A stretch of DNA of 55,430 nt from an uncultured Nitrososphaerota archaeon (GTDB taxonomy: Archaea > Thermoproteota > Methanomethylicia > Methanomethylicales > Methanomethylicaceae). The DNA lies in contig CAYZHK010000002.1 in the NCBI GenBank assembly GCA_964477685.1, forward strand, positions 1 through 55,430, in the 5' to 3' direction. The position numbers and the translations under genes are program-made. The first letter of the stretch is position 1. Each line of letters starts with the position of its first letter. The notes under the pieces are model-generated. The model was not told where the DNA came from, searched no databases, and saw only the letters and a list, made by a program, of their open reading frames with translations. Below, one piece after another: positions 8,950 to 19,576 of this stretch.

Positions 8950-10858
8950 TTATCGGTATTTCATTGTCTAGCCTGAAGGGCGAGAACCTGACGCCCCCAT
9001 CTTCGTAGAACCTGCTGAACCACTCGTAGAAGTGGAGCCTCAGGTCTTGGGCAAGAACGATTACCCCTTCGATAAGGACCACAAAGACGTTGCCGAGGAC
9101 GGCGAGGATGATTCCTAGGACTCCTCCACCCACCATATCCCCTAGGATGTAAAAGACCGTGGAGAGCATCACATGGGCCACCACCATCGCAAAGATCCTG
9201 AGGTATGAAACCGTGTTGGATATGAACCTTATGATGGTGTCAAATGTCTCGAACCCCATCTCCCCAAGCGCAGACATCCCCTTCTTTGCTCCGTGCTTCA
9301 GCATCTCGTAAATGGGCTTGGCCAGCATGAAGGTGAAGAGGGGGACAAGAATGATGTACAGAGGCCCTCCCACCCAGTGGGTGAGGTCCAGTCCATAGTA
9401 GACGATTACAAGGATTGAAGCGAAGTACAAGACGAGCCTGGGCACCCCCACCAGCAGTGCATCCACCTTCTTCTTCTGGAGCATGTTGTTGGCTATCCCC
9501 ATCACCATCCCCATGCTTATCTGGAAGACACCTATCACCAGGGCGAAGATGAGAAGCTGCATGATGTCCTCCTCGATGCCATGGGGGGTGATGAGACCGG
9601 GGTAGATGTGGTTTCCGAATGCCTCTCCATAGAGGATGGCGCCCATGATGGAGCCGGCGATGCCACATATTACGAGGTACAGCCCAATTTTTGAGAGGGA
9701 CTTGACGTACCGATTCAGGATCATCCCCAGAGCGGCCAGCATGATTCCGTGCCCAATATCCCCGAACATCATGCCGAAGAAGATGGGGAAGGTCAATGCC
9801 AATATGGGGGTGGGATTCAGTTCGTTGTAATTGGGGACACCGTACAGGTTTGTTATCGTATAGAACCGACCGAAAAACTTGGGGTATTTGAATGTGACGG
9901 GCACAAGGGGGGAAGAATGCTCCTCGTTCAGCGAATATAACATGCGCCCGCTGAGGCTTCCATTCAACTCGTCGATGAGGGAGCCCCCCTGCTTTGTGGG
10001 GACATAGCCTTCGACTAGGGACCACCGGCCCTCCACAGATGATGTTTCCCTTATGGAGAGGATGGAATAGGATTCGGAGAGGACGGAGGAGATGTGCCTC
10101 ATCCTGGGCATCACGGCCAGAAGGGATGCCGTTCTCTCCTTGATGGAGCTGTCCCCTTTTTTCAGGGTGGCATCGTAGGAACTGATGAACCCTCCCAGCG
10201 AAGCCGGATCTTGGGGCACGCCCTCCAGGCTCTGCAGCGGGAGATACCCCCTCTCCGAAGCCTGCTGGAGAACCTTGGGCGCGTCCCCATTCAGGCATAC
10301 GACAAGCAGTATCCTTGGTGATTCCCGAAGGAGATAAACCAGGCTGGATTCCGGGAGCTCGCTGCCGATCTCAGTCGGTGATTCGGATTCGGTGCTGAGC
10401 AGCAGGGTTGCGAGGCCCTTGTATGAATTCAGGAAGGGGAGGGAGGCACGGCCGTCGGGCGAGGAGTAAAGGTTGCTCCAGAGGGAGTAAAGAGTTCGGG
10501 CGGCGCTGGCACTTACCGCCTCGGCCTCGAGCTGCTGGACCTGCTTCTCAAACTCCACGACTTCCCTATTGACGATCTCCACAAAGGATGGCCAGTCGGG
10601 TGCGCTTATTGGTGGTGGCGCGGCTTGGGTCATGGACGCCTGGGCATCAGAGACCAGCAGTTCAGCCCTTCCAATGATTTCCCTGATCCTGCCCATGAGG
10701 TCTTGGACCTTGTAGCCCAAGTCAGATGTTGCCAGCCCTTCGGCCTCCTTCACCGTGAGGTGGAAGGCGCCATGGCTGTGGAAGGCCTTAAGCACCAGCT
10801 CAGAGTCGTCACTCAGAAATAGAATCTTTGCCTGGGACATTGATTCTGGACGGAGCAT
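8939..10858 (-). CDS. atpI: A1AO ATP synthase subunit I (stator a-subunit)
   Basis: 639 aa with a soluble N-half plus a multi-TM C-half containing YLRIFAMVVAHVML and LRLHFYEWFSRFY. Directly downstream of atpK. Confidence 0.85.
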   Translation of the reverse strand: MLRPESMSQAKILFLSDDSELVLKAFHSHGAFHLTVKEAEGLATSDLGYKVQDLMGRIREIIGRAELLVSDAQASMTQAAPPPISAPDWPSFVEIVNREVVEFEKQVQQLEAEAVSASAARTLYSLWSNLYSSPDGRASLPFLNSYKGLATLLLSTESESPTEIGSELPESSLVYLLRESPRILLVVCLNGDAPKVLQQASERGYLPLQSLEGVPQDPASLGGFISSYDATLKKGDSSIKERTASLLAVMPRMRHISSVLSESYSILSIRETSSVEGRWSLVEGYVPTKQGGSLIDELNGSLSGRMLYSLNEEHSSPLVPVTFKYPKFFGRFYTITNLYGVPNYNELNPTPILALTFPIFFGMMFGDIGHGIMLAALGMILNRYVKSLSKIGLYLVICGIAGSIMGAILYGEAFGNHIYPGLITPHGIEEDIMQLLIFALVIGVFQISMGMVMGIANNMLQKKKVDALLVGVPRLVLYFASILVIVYYGLDLTHWVGGPLYIILVPLFTFMLAKPIYEMLKHGAKKGMSALGEMGFETFDTIIRFISNTVSYLRIFAMVVAHVMLSTVFYILGDMVGGGVLGIILAVLGNVFVVLIEGVIVLAQDLRLHFYEWFSRFYEDGGVRFSPFRLDNEIPIIKK

Positions 10859-10874
10859 TAGGGAGACATCCAGG

Positions 10875-11397
<523 letters not shown>

Positions 11398-11403
11398 TCG
11401 CCA

Positions 11404-12036
11404 TCACCTTTCCATCTGCTTTCTTTCGAGAAGGTTCTTGACCTTCTTTACCCTTACGAATTCCTCACGGTCCCTCTCCTCGAGGACGCTGGTTATCAAA
11501 GAGACCGTGGCGGCGTAGCGGGGTATCAACGACTGTTCGAGGGCATTTATCCTCTGCTGGGTCTTTTTGACCTCCTCCACGAGCCGGAAGAGCGTGCTCT
11601 CAAGCTCGGCCACCCTGATAATTAGGGGCAGTGCCTGGAAAAACCTCTCAGAAGTATCGTCGAGGAGCACGGTAGGGCGGGATATGTCGTAGCCGATGGT
11701 CCTCTTGATGTTGGCCAGCTGGAACGAGACTGTCGTCACCCCCATAACCTTCCTCTTGGAGGAGGTAAGGTCAAAACTTATCCTGGGAATCTTGCCTGCG
11801 GTCTCAAGCTCCTTTGTTCCCATGACCACAGTCGTCGACTCCAGCAGCTCGTAGGCTTCCTTGAGGCTCCTGTTCAGCTCCTCCCGAACCTTAGCCGCCT
11901 CCCCTGCCCTCCGGCTGACCTCCAGCAGCAGTATGTCCCTCTTGTCTTCAAGAAGGTCATGGGCCTTCCTCAGAAAGACCAGTGTCCGCTTGAAGCGGAT
12001 GAGGTTCATTTTTGAGGGGGGAACGCGCTCAGACAA
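11404..12036 (-). CDS. atpD: A1AO ATP synthase subunit D (central stalk)
   Basis: 210 aa. N-terminus PSKMNLIRFKRTLVFLRKAHDLLEDKRDILL and C-terminus EERDREEFVRVKKVK are typical of AtpD. Confidence 0.85.
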   Translation of the reverse strand: MSERVPPSKMNLIRFKRTLVFLRKAHDLLEDKRDILLLEVSRRAGEAAKVREELNRSLKEAYELLESTTVVMGTKELETAGKIPRISFDLTSSKRKVMGVTTVSFQLANIKRTIGYDISRPTVLLDDTSERFFQALPLIIRVAELESTLFRLVEEVKKTQQRINALEQSLIPRYAATVSLITSVLEERDREEFVRVKKVKNLLERKQMER

Positions 12037-12046
12037 ATGGGCAGCC

Positions 12047-13426
12047 TCAGCGGGCTTTGTAGTACTGCTTCAGGAAGCGGTCGGCTATCCTTGTGAGTTC
12101 GGAATCAGGGAGCAGGGACAGCTGTTCCCAGGCTACTCTGAGGGTCGTCTCCAGGGTCCGGTTCTCGTCGTACTTCTGGCTCAGGAAATTCCTCTCGAAC
12201 TCGTCCCCGAACCTCAGGTAGGCCCTGTCCTTGTCCGTGAGGCCCTCCTCGCCGATGATTGAGCTGAGCTGCCGCAGGTCCTGGGCCCTGGAGTATGCGG
12301 AGTAGAGCTGGCTGGCCACTGGGCCGTGATCTTCCCTCGTCTTCCCCTTTCCAATCCCGTCCTTCATCAGCCTGGAGAGGCTCGGAAGGATATTGATGGG
12401 CGGGTAGAGGCCCCTCCGGTGGAGATCTCTGTCGATGACTATCTGCCCTTCGGTGATGTAGCCAGTCAGATCGGGGATGGGGTGAGTGATGTCGTCGTTC
12501 GGCATGGTTAGGACGGGCATCTGGGTGATGCTGCCCTTCCGTCCGCGGATCCTTCCGGCCCTCTCGTATATGGAGGCGAAGTCGCTGTACATGTAGCCGG
12601 GATAACCCTTCCGGCTTGGAACCTCCTCCCGGGCAGCGCTGATTTCCCTCAGCGCTTCGGCATAATTCGTCATGTCGGTGATGACCACAAGCACGTGCAG
12701 ATCCTGCTCGAAAGCCAGGTATTCGGCCAGGGTCAGGGCACTCCTAGGGGTTACGAGCCGTTCCACTGGTGGGTCATCGGCTAGGTTCAGGAATATGGCA
12801 GAGTTCTTGAGCGCACCGGACTCCTCAAAGCTTCTCTTGAAGAAGGCCGCCTCGTCATGCTTTATCCCCATGGCGCAGAAGACAACAGCGAAACCAGTCT
12901 CTTCGCCCACGATGGTTGCCTGTCGGGCTACCTGCGTAGCCAAGAGGTTGTGAGGAAGGCCAGAGCCGGAAAAGATCGGCAGCTTCTGCCCTCTCACGAG
13001 GGTGTCCATGCCATCTATGGCTGAAACGCCGGTCTGGATGAACTGCACTGGGTAGTCCCTTGAGTAGGGGTTCATTGGTAGACCATTCACGTCCCGGTAG
13101 TCCTCGGTGAAGGGCACTGGCCCCTGATCGATGGGTTCGCCCAGACCGTTGAAAACCCTCCCGAGCATCTCTGTGGACAGGGGTATGGTGAGCGGCTTGC
13201 CCAGAAACTTGACAGAGGTTTCCGTGGTGGAGAGCCCTGCTGTGCCCTCGAAGACCTCCACAGCCGCTACATCCCTGTTGATCTGGAGGACCCTTCCCTG
13301 CCTCAGGCTCCCATTGGGGAGCCTCACCTCGGCGAGCTCGCTGAAGCCGACATTTGATGTCCCCTCCACGAACAGGAGGGGGCCGCTGATCTTCTGGACA
13401 CTCCTGTATTCGATTGGCAGTTCCAT
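12047..13426 (-). CDS. atpB: A1AO ATP synthase subunit B
   Basis: 459 aa; motifs [26 protein letters not shown]. Confidence 0.95.
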   Translation of the reverse strand: MELPIEYRSVQKISGPLLFVEGTSNVGFSELAEVRLPNGSLRQGRVLQINRDVAAVEVFEGTAGLSTTETSVKFLGKPLTIPLSTEMLGRVFNGLGEPIDQGPVPFTEDYRDVNGLPMNPYSRDYPVQFIQTGVSAIDGMDTLVRGQKLPIFSGSGLPHNLLATQVARQATIVGEETGFAVVFCAMGIKHDEAAFFKRSFEESGALKNSAIFLNLADDPPVERLVTPRSALTLAEYLAFEQDLHVLVVITDMTNYAEALREISAAREEVPSRKGYPGYMYSDFASIYERAGRIRGRKGSITQMPVLTMPNDDITHPIPDLTGYITEGQIVIDRDLHRRGLYPPINILPSLSRLMKDGIGKGKTREDHGPVASQLYSAYSRAQDLRQLSSIIGEEGLTDKDRAYLRFGDEFERNFLSQKYDENRTLETTLRVAWEQLSLLPDSELTRIADRFLKQYYKAR

Positions 13427-15199
13427 CTACTTGGCCTCCAACTCCCTGATCTCCTGTCCAGCCTTCTCTACGTAGTTATCTATCTCAGCTATGCGCTCGT
13501 TCTCCACAGACATCCTCAGCTTTGTCAGATCGGGTATGACTGGGAGCGTCGCTATCTTGCTGGAGGGGACTCCCTTGGACACCGCCTCCATGGCCATGTC
13601 ATAGAACTTGAGGATGGCCTCCAGCAGCTTATACTGCTTTTCGGGAGAAGAGTAGGTGTCTATGGGGTCATAGGCATTTTGCTGGAGGTACCCTTCCCTG
13701 AGGAGCCTCGCTACCTCCAGGAGGATCTTCTCCGACTCAGGGAGCGACTCGGGGCCGACCAGCCTTATTATTTCCTTCAGCTCGTCCTCCCTCTTCAGGA
13801 TGTTCAGCGCCTTAATGGTAATCTCCCTCCACCTGCCACCGGTCTTTTCCCTCCACCAGGGTTCGACATAGCTCACATATTCGGAATAACTGGTGAGCCA
13901 GTTAATTGCGGGGTAATGGCGCATGCTCGCAAGGGTACTGTCAAGGGCCCAGAAGGCCCTGACGAACCTCTTGGTGTGGACTGTGACAGGCTCCGAGAAG
14001 TCTCCGCCTGGGGGCGAGACGGCCCCCACAATGGAAACAGATCCGAAGCCTCCGCTGAAGGTCCCTACCCTGCCGGCCCTCTCGTAGAATTCGCCGACCC
14101 TCGATGAGAGGTAGGATGGGAAGCCCTCTTCGGCGGGCATCTCCTCCAGCCTTCCCGATATCTCCCTGAGCGCCTCGGCCCACCTGCTGGTGGAGTCGGC
14201 AAGCACGGCCACGTTGTAGCCCATGTCCCTGTAGTATTCTGCTATGGTGATGCCGGTGTAAATGCTGGCCTCGCGCGCGGAAACTGGCATGTTGCTGGTG
14301 TTGGCAATCAGGACTGTCCGCTCCATCAGAGGCCTGCCGGACTTGGGGTCTTTCCATTCGGGGAAGGTGAGGAGCACCTCGGTCATCTCGTTCCCCCGCT
14401 CCCCGCAGCCGATGTAGACTATTATCTCTGCGTCTGACCAAGCAGCAACCTGGTGGGACGTGATGGTCTTCCCGGTCCCGAAACCGCCAGGTATCGCCAC
14501 TGAGCCGCCCTTTGCTACAGGGAAGAACATGTCTATTATCCGCTGCCCGGTGATGAGGGGCTCCGAAGGCTCAAGGCGTTCCTTGTAGGGCCTCGGTTGC
14601 CGGACAGGCCACCTGTGGTAAAGCCTTAGGTCTATTTGCCCTTTCTCGCTCTGGACTCGGGCAATGATCTCCTCGACGGTGTAGTCCCCTTCGGCCGCCT
14701 CGAATTCCAGCTCTCCCATCACATTGGGGGGGACAAGGATCCTGTGCTCGAAGAGGGGGGTTTCCTTGACTGTCCCGAGGATATCGCCGCCGGATACCCT
14801 ATCGCCCTTCTGCTTCAGGGGGATAAAATGCCATTTCTTGCTCCTGTTGAGGGAAGGAGTCTTGACTCCCCTTGCGATGTAGTCTCCGGTCATGTCCCTT
14901 ATGACAGGCAGTGGTCGCTGGATCCCATCGAAAATGCCCTCCAGGAGGCCTGGCCCCAGCTCCACTGCCAAGGGAAGGCCGAACCCTCTGACCTTCTCGC
15001 CGATCTTGAGGCCACCTGTTTCCTCGTAGACCTGGATCGTTGCCTGGTCTCCCTCGACCCTGACAACTTCCCCTATGAGTTCGGCCTCTCCTACCAATGC
15101 CAATTCGTACATTTGGAGGCCGGAGACACCCTCCGCCTGGACCACAGGTCCGCTGATCTTGATCAGTTTGCCAGTGATGGTCATGTTCAGCTCACCCAA
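13427..15199 (-). CDS. atpA: A1AO ATP synthase catalytic subunit A (no intein)
   Basis: 590 aa with Walker A PGGFGTGKTI, plus GERGNEMTEVL and [22 protein letters not shown]. The length rules out an intein. Confidence 0.95.
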   Translation of the reverse strand: MGELNMTITGKLIKISGPVVQAEGVSGLQMYELALVGEAELIGEVVRVEGDQATIQVYEETGGLKIGEKVRGFGLPLAVELGPGLLEGIFDGIQRPLPVIRDMTGDYIARGVKTPSLNRSKKWHFIPLKQKGDRVSGGDILGTVKETPLFEHRILVPPNVMGELEFEAAEGDYTVEEIIARVQSEKGQIDLRLYHRWPVRQPRPYKERLEPSEPLITGQRIIDMFFPVAKGGSVAIPGGFGTGKTITSHQVAAWSDAEIIVYIGCGERGNEMTEVLLTFPEWKDPKSGRPLMERTVLIANTSNMPVSAREASIYTGITIAEYYRDMGYNVAVLADSTSRWAEALREISGRLEEMPAEEGFPSYLSSRVGEFYERAGRVGTFSGGFGSVSIVGAVSPPGGDFSEPVTVHTKRFVRAFWALDSTLASMRHYPAINWLTSYSEYVSYVEPWWREKTGGRWREITIKALNILKREDELKEIIRLVGPESLPESEKILLEVARLLREGYLQQNAYDPIDTYSSPEKQYKLLEAILKFYDMAMEAVSKGVPSSKIATLPVIPDLTKLRMSVENERIAEIDNYVEKAGQEIRELEAK

Positions 15200-15803
15200 A
15201 CAGGATTTCAGCTATCTTGCCCCTCAGCGCCTTCCTCTCAGATTCCAGTATGCTGTCTATGGATCTGTCAATTGCCGCACGCCCGTCCTTTCGGATTGCG
15301 ATGAAGCCGCCAGTCCCAATCTGCTTCTGCATGATCGAAGCGCCCGAGCCTGCGGCCTGCCTGATCTTTTCCTCCCCGACCAGACTCAGATCGCCGGGAT
15401 TGATCAGCAGCTCGCCTATGGGCATCTTCTTCGATATCGCCTTGAGCTCATTGAGCAGTATGGACCTGTATTCGGGGGTTGTGGTAAAGGACTGGAGCTT
15501 CTTCTTCGCTTCCACCAGAACCATATCAACGTAGGATTCCTTGAGCTGTAGCAGCCCCATGCGGGCCTCGATCTCTGCCTTGGATATTTCCTTCCGGGCC
15601 TCGATCTCAGCCATCTCACCATAGGACGAGGATATCTCCTCGACCCGCCGCAGGGCAAACTTCTCCGACTCGTCCAGAGCTGCCAATGCCTTCTTTTCAG
15701 CCTCGGCTATGGCTTTTTCGGCATTGGCGCGGGACTGCTCGAAGATGGCGTCCATCAGTTTCCTGAAGCCATCCTGCTGGCCTCGCCCCAGCTCGCCGCT
15801 CAT
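15192..15803 (-). CDS. atpE: A1AO ATP synthase subunit E
   Basis: 203 aa with a long N-terminal coiled coil plus a globular C-domain (GGFIAIRKDGRAAIDRSIDSILE). ATGA overlap with atpF. Confidence 0.75.
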   Translation of the reverse strand: MSGELGRGQQDGFRKLMDAIFEQSRANAEKAIAEAEKKALAALDESEKFALRRVEEISSSYGEMAEIEARKEISKAEIEARMGLLQLKESYVDMVLVEAKKKLQSFTTTPEYRSILLNELKAISKKMPIGELLINPGDLSLVGEEKIRQAAGSGASIMQKQIGTGGFIAIRKDGRAAIDRSIDSILESERKALRGKIAEILFG

Positions 15804-16099
15804 ATTTTTGCACCCATAATCCGAGTGATTGTGGATTTAATATCTATATCGGAACCGCCATGACGGCCGGGCACTTCCACGAGGACAGGGAGGGCATGCT
15901 TGACCCTCAATTCCTCGACCTTCGCCCTTGCCTGGGAGGAGTAGTCCCTGTCCACCAGTATGATGCCGACCCCTTCGGTCTTGAAGGCTGCGTTCAGCGC
16001 GTCGATCAGCTGGTCGACGCTCGAGACCGCAACAACCTCAACCCCGGCGAGCCTGTAACCATTCACCAGTGCTGGATCACCAATAAAGAAGGTTCGCAT
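15800..16099 (-). CDS. atpF: A1AO ATP synthase subunit F
   Basis: 99 aa; FIGDPALVNGYRLAGVEVV and GIILVD are typical of AtpF. Confidence 0.8.
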   Translation of the reverse strand: MRTFFIGDPALVNGYRLAGVEVVAVSSVDQLIDALNAAFKTEGVGIILVDRDYSSQARAKVEELRVKHALPVLVEVPGRHGGSDIDIKSTITRIMGAKI

Positions 16100-16107
16100 T
16101 GTGGAGG

Positions 16108-16389
16108 CTACTCCTTGGTAGGGGTACCTGCCTCAATGAGGGCTTTTACTTTCTTTAATTTTTCGATGAGGAGGTCGTAGGGGGCCACAGGCTCCACTAT
16201 CAGCCCCAACTCCTGGATGGCCTTGACCCCTTCGATGGAGTAGATCGGCGCCTCGATCTTGACATGCTCGCTGAAGGGGTTTCCCACAACATAATCCCGA
16301 TAGGGGAGCTTGGCCCTGTGTTCCAGGACCCAGCCGCCCAGGTTTACCACATCTTTTGCGCGGATGGCTATTTTGGGCATCATTATCAC
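16108..16389 (-). CDS. Hypothetical 93-aa soluble protein, last gene of the hydrogenase module
   Basis: Starts 4 nt after the NuoH-like gene and ends 8 nt before atpF. No TM helix and no recognisable motif. It occupies the position that EhbP has after EhbO (positional analogy only). Confidence 0.5.
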   Translation of the reverse strand: MIMMPKIAIRAKDVVNLGGWVLEHRAKLPYRDYVVGNPFSEHVKIEAPIYSIEGVKAIQELGLIVEPVAPYDLLIEKLKKVKALIEAGTPTKE

Positions 16390-16393
16390 CAGA

Positions 16394-17440
16394 TCATAGG
16401 CTTATGGTCAATATCATGGCGAGGACTCCGATCGCTGAGAGGCTGACAGTAATCGGGTAGATCTGCCTGAAGGTCAGAATCGGCGAGAAGGCGGCGAGGA
16501 TCGCCAACGAGACGGGCAGGATCAGGCTGAGGAGCATGTTGGTAATGAATGCCAGAGGCATGAGGGGATCAAAAGGTATTCCTATGAAGAGGGTCACGAA
16601 GATGCTGGACATTGTGAAGAGAAGAAGGTTTCGCATTATGTAGTAGTAACCCCTGAGCTTGGATGCATATTCCAGCACCCCGCCCTCGATCACATCGGCC
16701 TTGGCCTTGAGGATGCTGAAGGGCTTTTCGTTCAGCAGCATTACGTACCCCATCAGGTAGACTATGGCCGCGAGGAAGCCTGAAATGCTGAGGATTATTG
16801 GTGATGACGGCAGAGGAAGACCGTACCAGGGGGCAAAGAAGTAGGAGGGGTTCTGGTAGGCAACCACCATGGAGATGAGTGGGCTCCTAGCGGCAACGAA
16901 CGGGACGACGAGGGCCAAGTAGATGGGGAGTGAGCCGATGGCCATCATCTTCAGGGCCCTTTCGGAAGAGTGCTGCTCCACGAACTCCCTCCTCACGCAC
17001 GGCATCTTGGAGCCCTTGGCAAGGTCAGGGACGGGCATGGAGGTGGAGAGGATCGACTGGGACTGGGACCCCATGAGGACGTACAGCACCTCCTCCAGCT
17101 TCAGCATTCCGGCAATCCCGAGGATGCTCCCCCAGCCGAGCACAGCCCACCAGAAGGGGGTCCTGAAGAGGAAGAGAAGAGCGACAAAGCCGACGCCGAA
17201 GTAGACCAGATATTTGTAGAACTTCGGCATCTGGGCGATGGGCTCCATCTTGGACTTGTAGCCGAACTTGATGACTGTCCAGAAGCCAGGGGTAAGGATG
17301 GGCGGGCCTATCCTCTGCTGGATCCTCGCCTGGACTTTCCTTTCGATTCCGGGGAGGATCAGCGAATAGCTAATGGCTATGCCTATGGCTATTATTGATG
17401 AGGCTATGAGGCCCGCTGCGAAAATTAGATAGTCGACCAT
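16394..17440 (-). CDS. Hydrogenase membrane subunit, NuoH/HycD/MbhM/EhbO-like
   Basis: 348 aa, multi-TM. N-terminal GIERKVQARIQQRIGPP matches the NuoH-family ER+xxAxxQxRxGP motif. Confidence 0.8.
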   Translation of the reverse strand: MVDYLIFAAGLIASSIIAIGIAISYSLILPGIERKVQARIQQRIGPPILTPGFWTVIKFGYKSKMEPIAQMPKFYKYLVYFGVGFVALLFLFRTPFWWAVLGWGSILGIAGMLKLEEVLYVLMGSQSQSILSTSMPVPDLAKGSKMPCVRREFVEQHSSERALKMMAIGSLPIYLALVVPFVAARSPLISMVVAYQNPSYFFAPWYGLPLPSSPIILSISGFLAAIVYLMGYVMLLNEKPFSILKAKADVIEGGVLEYASKLRGYYYIMRNLLLFTMSSIFVTLFIGIPFDPLMPLAFITNMLLSLILPVSLAILAAFSPILTFRQIYPITVSLSAIGVLAMILTISL

Positions 17441-17443
17441 CCC

Positions 17444-18637
17444 TCACCGCCTCCAGCCAAATTTCTTGACTATCTCCAGCTCGCTCATCGATCTGCTCTT
17501 CCCCGATTCCACCACCTCTGCCCTGGTGCAGCAGGTGAGGCACGGGTCGCAGCTCGCTATTGTGACGATGGCGTCGGTGACGTGGTCGCCGATGCAGACC
17601 TGTTCCATTGCGGCCAGGTTGGTAATGGTGGGTGTCCTGATCTTATAGTTCCTGAGGAGGCCGCGGTCGTCGAGGGCGTAGGAATGCATCAGCTCGCCCC
17701 TGTAGGATTCATTGTAGGCGGTGGTATAGTCCATCCTCGCTACGCACCATTCGTTGTTTATTATTGGGCCGTCGGGGATGTTTTTCACCACCTGGCGGAT
17801 GATCTTCACGCTCTCGATTACCTCCAGGGCCCTTACCACAATCCTGGCCTTATTGTCACAGCCATCTTGGGTGATAATGTTGAAGTCGAAGGGCTTGTAC
17901 TCCTTCATGTCCCTCCGCAGGTCGAAATCCCATGCAGAGCCCCTGCCGGTGGGCCCTGTGGCATACCACTTGATTGCCTCCTCCTTGGTCATGAATCCGA
18001 CACCGGTCAGCCTCGCCATGACCATGGGGTCGGCAAGCACCCTCTCCACAAAGTTGAGGTATTTCTTTTCGAACTCGTCGATCCTGTCAAGGATGGCCCT
18101 CTTGAGGGGTTCGGTGAGGTCTGCCCTCGGCCTGATCCCCCCTATAACGGCCACTGACGCCATCACCCGGTTTCCGCCGAGATATCCCATCAGATCCATG
18201 AAGGTCTCCCTGAGGAGGAAGGTCCTCATGGAGAATGTCTCGTGTCCCAGGACCTCGAAGGCGTGCGCCAAGAGGATGAGGTGGCTCGTGATCCGCTGGG
18301 TTTCGTGGGTCAGCACTCGGATGTAATTTGCCCTCTCGGGGACGTTGATCTTCAAACCGCCTTCCACGACCCTGACGGAATTGAAGGCGTGCACATGGGA
18401 GCAGATGCCGCAGACCTTCTCGGCTATGAGGAGGGCCCTATCCACCGGCAGACCCTCGAAGAGCTTCTCAATGCCCCTGTATGCCATGTTGATGGTAATC
18501 TCACAGTCTTCAACGTACTCATCGTTGACAAAGAGCCGTATTCTGTAGGGCTCAATGAGGGCCGGGTGAACCGGTCCAAAGGAGAGCTCTTTCTCGATGA
18601 CCTTTGCGGGTGTATTTGATTTTGCATTTTCTGCCAT
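17444..18637 (-). CDS. Group 4 [NiFe] hydrogenase large subunit (NuoD-like)
   Basis: 397 aa. N-terminal ligand motif KVCGICSHVH (C76, C79) and C-terminal DPCLTCCTR (C366, C369, R372), so all four Ni-Fe cysteines are present. A 25-aa tail follows R372. Confidence 0.9.
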   Translation of the reverse strand: MAENAKSNTPAKVIEKELSFGPVHPALIEPYRIRLFVNDEYVEDCEITINMAYRGIEKLFEGLPVDRALLIAEKVCGICSHVHAFNSVRVVEGGLKINVPERANYIRVLTHETQRITSHLILLAHAFEVLGHETFSMRTFLLRETFMDLMGYLGGNRVMASVAVIGGIRPRADLTEPLKRAILDRIDEFEKKYLNFVERVLADPMVMARLTGVGFMTKEEAIKWYATGPTGRGSAWDFDLRRDMKEYKPFDFNIITQDGCDNKARIVVRALEVIESVKIIRQVVKNIPDGPIINNEWCVARMDYTTAYNESYRGELMHSYALDDRGLLRNYKIRTPTITNLAAMEQVCIGDHVTDAIVTIASCDPCLTCCTRAEVVESGKSRSMSELEIVKKFGWRR

Positions 18638-18638
18638 T

Positions 18639-19088
18639 CTATGGCGCCTCCAGCAGTTTCGGTATGGCCTTTACAACGCCCGCCAGTATGTCCTCGGGCC
18701 TTGGCGGGCACCCCGGCACGCGCACATCCACTGGGATCACATTCTCCACCGGGGCATGGATCTCATCGTTGGTGCCGATCTCTCCCACCATGTTCTTGTA
18801 GACGTTGCCATTGAGGGCGCAGGAGCCGATGGCCACAACGCCCTTTGGATCAGGGATCATGGAGTAGAACTTCTTCAGAGGCTCAAGCAGCTGCCAGGAG
18901 ACGATGCCAGAGACCACCAGCACGTCGGCTTCCCTAGGGTTCCATGTGAAGAGTACCTTGTACTGCTCCATGTCGTACCTGGGCGATAGGAGGGCGTTGA
19001 CGGCCTCTATGTCGCAGCCGTTGCAGCCCCCGGAGTAGAAGAGCATGACATGGATCGAGTTGCTTCGGGCTCTAACCTTTAGGCTCAT
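18639..19088 (-). CDS. Group 4 [NiFe] hydrogenase small subunit (NuoB-like)
   Basis: 149 aa from [10 protein letters not shown]. The four cluster cysteines are GGCNGCD (C22, C25), IGSCALNG (C90) and PGCPPRP (C127). The start makes an ATGA overlap with the upstream gene; the longer track ORF (to 19409) is an out-of-frame overlap. Confidence 0.85.
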   Translation of the reverse strand: MSLKVRARSNSIHVMLFYSGGCNGCDIEAVNALLSPRYDMEQYKVLFTWNPREADVLVVSGIVSWQLLEPLKKFYSMIPDPKGVVAIGSCALNGNVYKNMVGEIGTNDEIHAPVENVIPVDVRVPGCPPRPEDILAGVVKAIPKLLEAP

Positions 19089-19576
19089 TTGCTCACTTCC
19101 TTGATGAATGTCATCTGGTCCGCGGGGATCAGCTTGCTGAGAGCTTCGATCTTCTCGGGCGGTGCCCTCACGGGCTTCTTCAGTATCTCCTGCAGCGTCA
19201 GGTGGGGGCTTCCGATGTCCCTTGGGTGAATCGGGGCGGCCTCGCCGAATATGGAGAAGATGGGGCATATGTCGTGGCAGTTGAGGCAGAAGACGCATTT
19301 GAGGAGGTCTATCCTTGGCACCTGGGTGCGCATGTAGCCCTCGACGATCTCCACAGGCTTCTCGAGCTGCACCATGGTTATCGCCTTGGTAGGGCAGACG
19401 TAGTAGCACCCGCTGCAGCCGATGCAGGTCTCGTCCAGCACGGTCGGGGTGGGCTGGACACTGAGGGTTGCCACGCTCTTCCTTAGCTCAATACTTGTGG
19501 CCCTATCATTCTTTGCGACAATCCTGACGAAATTCTTGTAGGCCCCCTCCAGCATCAGTCTGAAGAATGTGATCAT
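19085..19576 (-). CDS. 2x[4Fe-4S] subunit, NuoI/MbhN/EhbL-like
   Basis: 163 aa with two cubane motifs, [12 protein letters not shown] and [12 protein letters not shown]. Confidence 0.85.
   Translation of the reverse strand: MITFFRLMLEGAYKNFVRIVAKNDRATSIELRKSVATLSVQPTPTVLDETCIGCSGCYYVCPTKAITMVQLEKPVEIVEGYMRTQVPRIDLLKCVFCLNCHDICPIFSIFGEAAPIHPRDIGSPHLTLQEILKKPVRAPPEKIEALSKLIPADQMTFIKEVSK

Noticed and set aside
17444-18637. An alternative reading of the block as Mbx/Mbs-type sulfane reductase, or as a complex I/Fpo-like module rather than a hydrogenase.
   Set aside because: Both CxxC ligand pairs of the [NiFe] site are intact (C76/C79 and C366/C369). NuoD/FpoD lack them, and in Mbx-type subunits they are incomplete as far as I recall. 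hypA and hypE are also present in the window.
19089-19409. An N-terminal extension of the small-subunit ORF (track 18639-19409), and the similar extension of the third polyferredoxin (to 20160).
   Set aside because: Both extensions overlap the upstream gene out of frame. The internal ATGs give the ATGA coupling seen throughout the operon, and they give proteins of canonical size.
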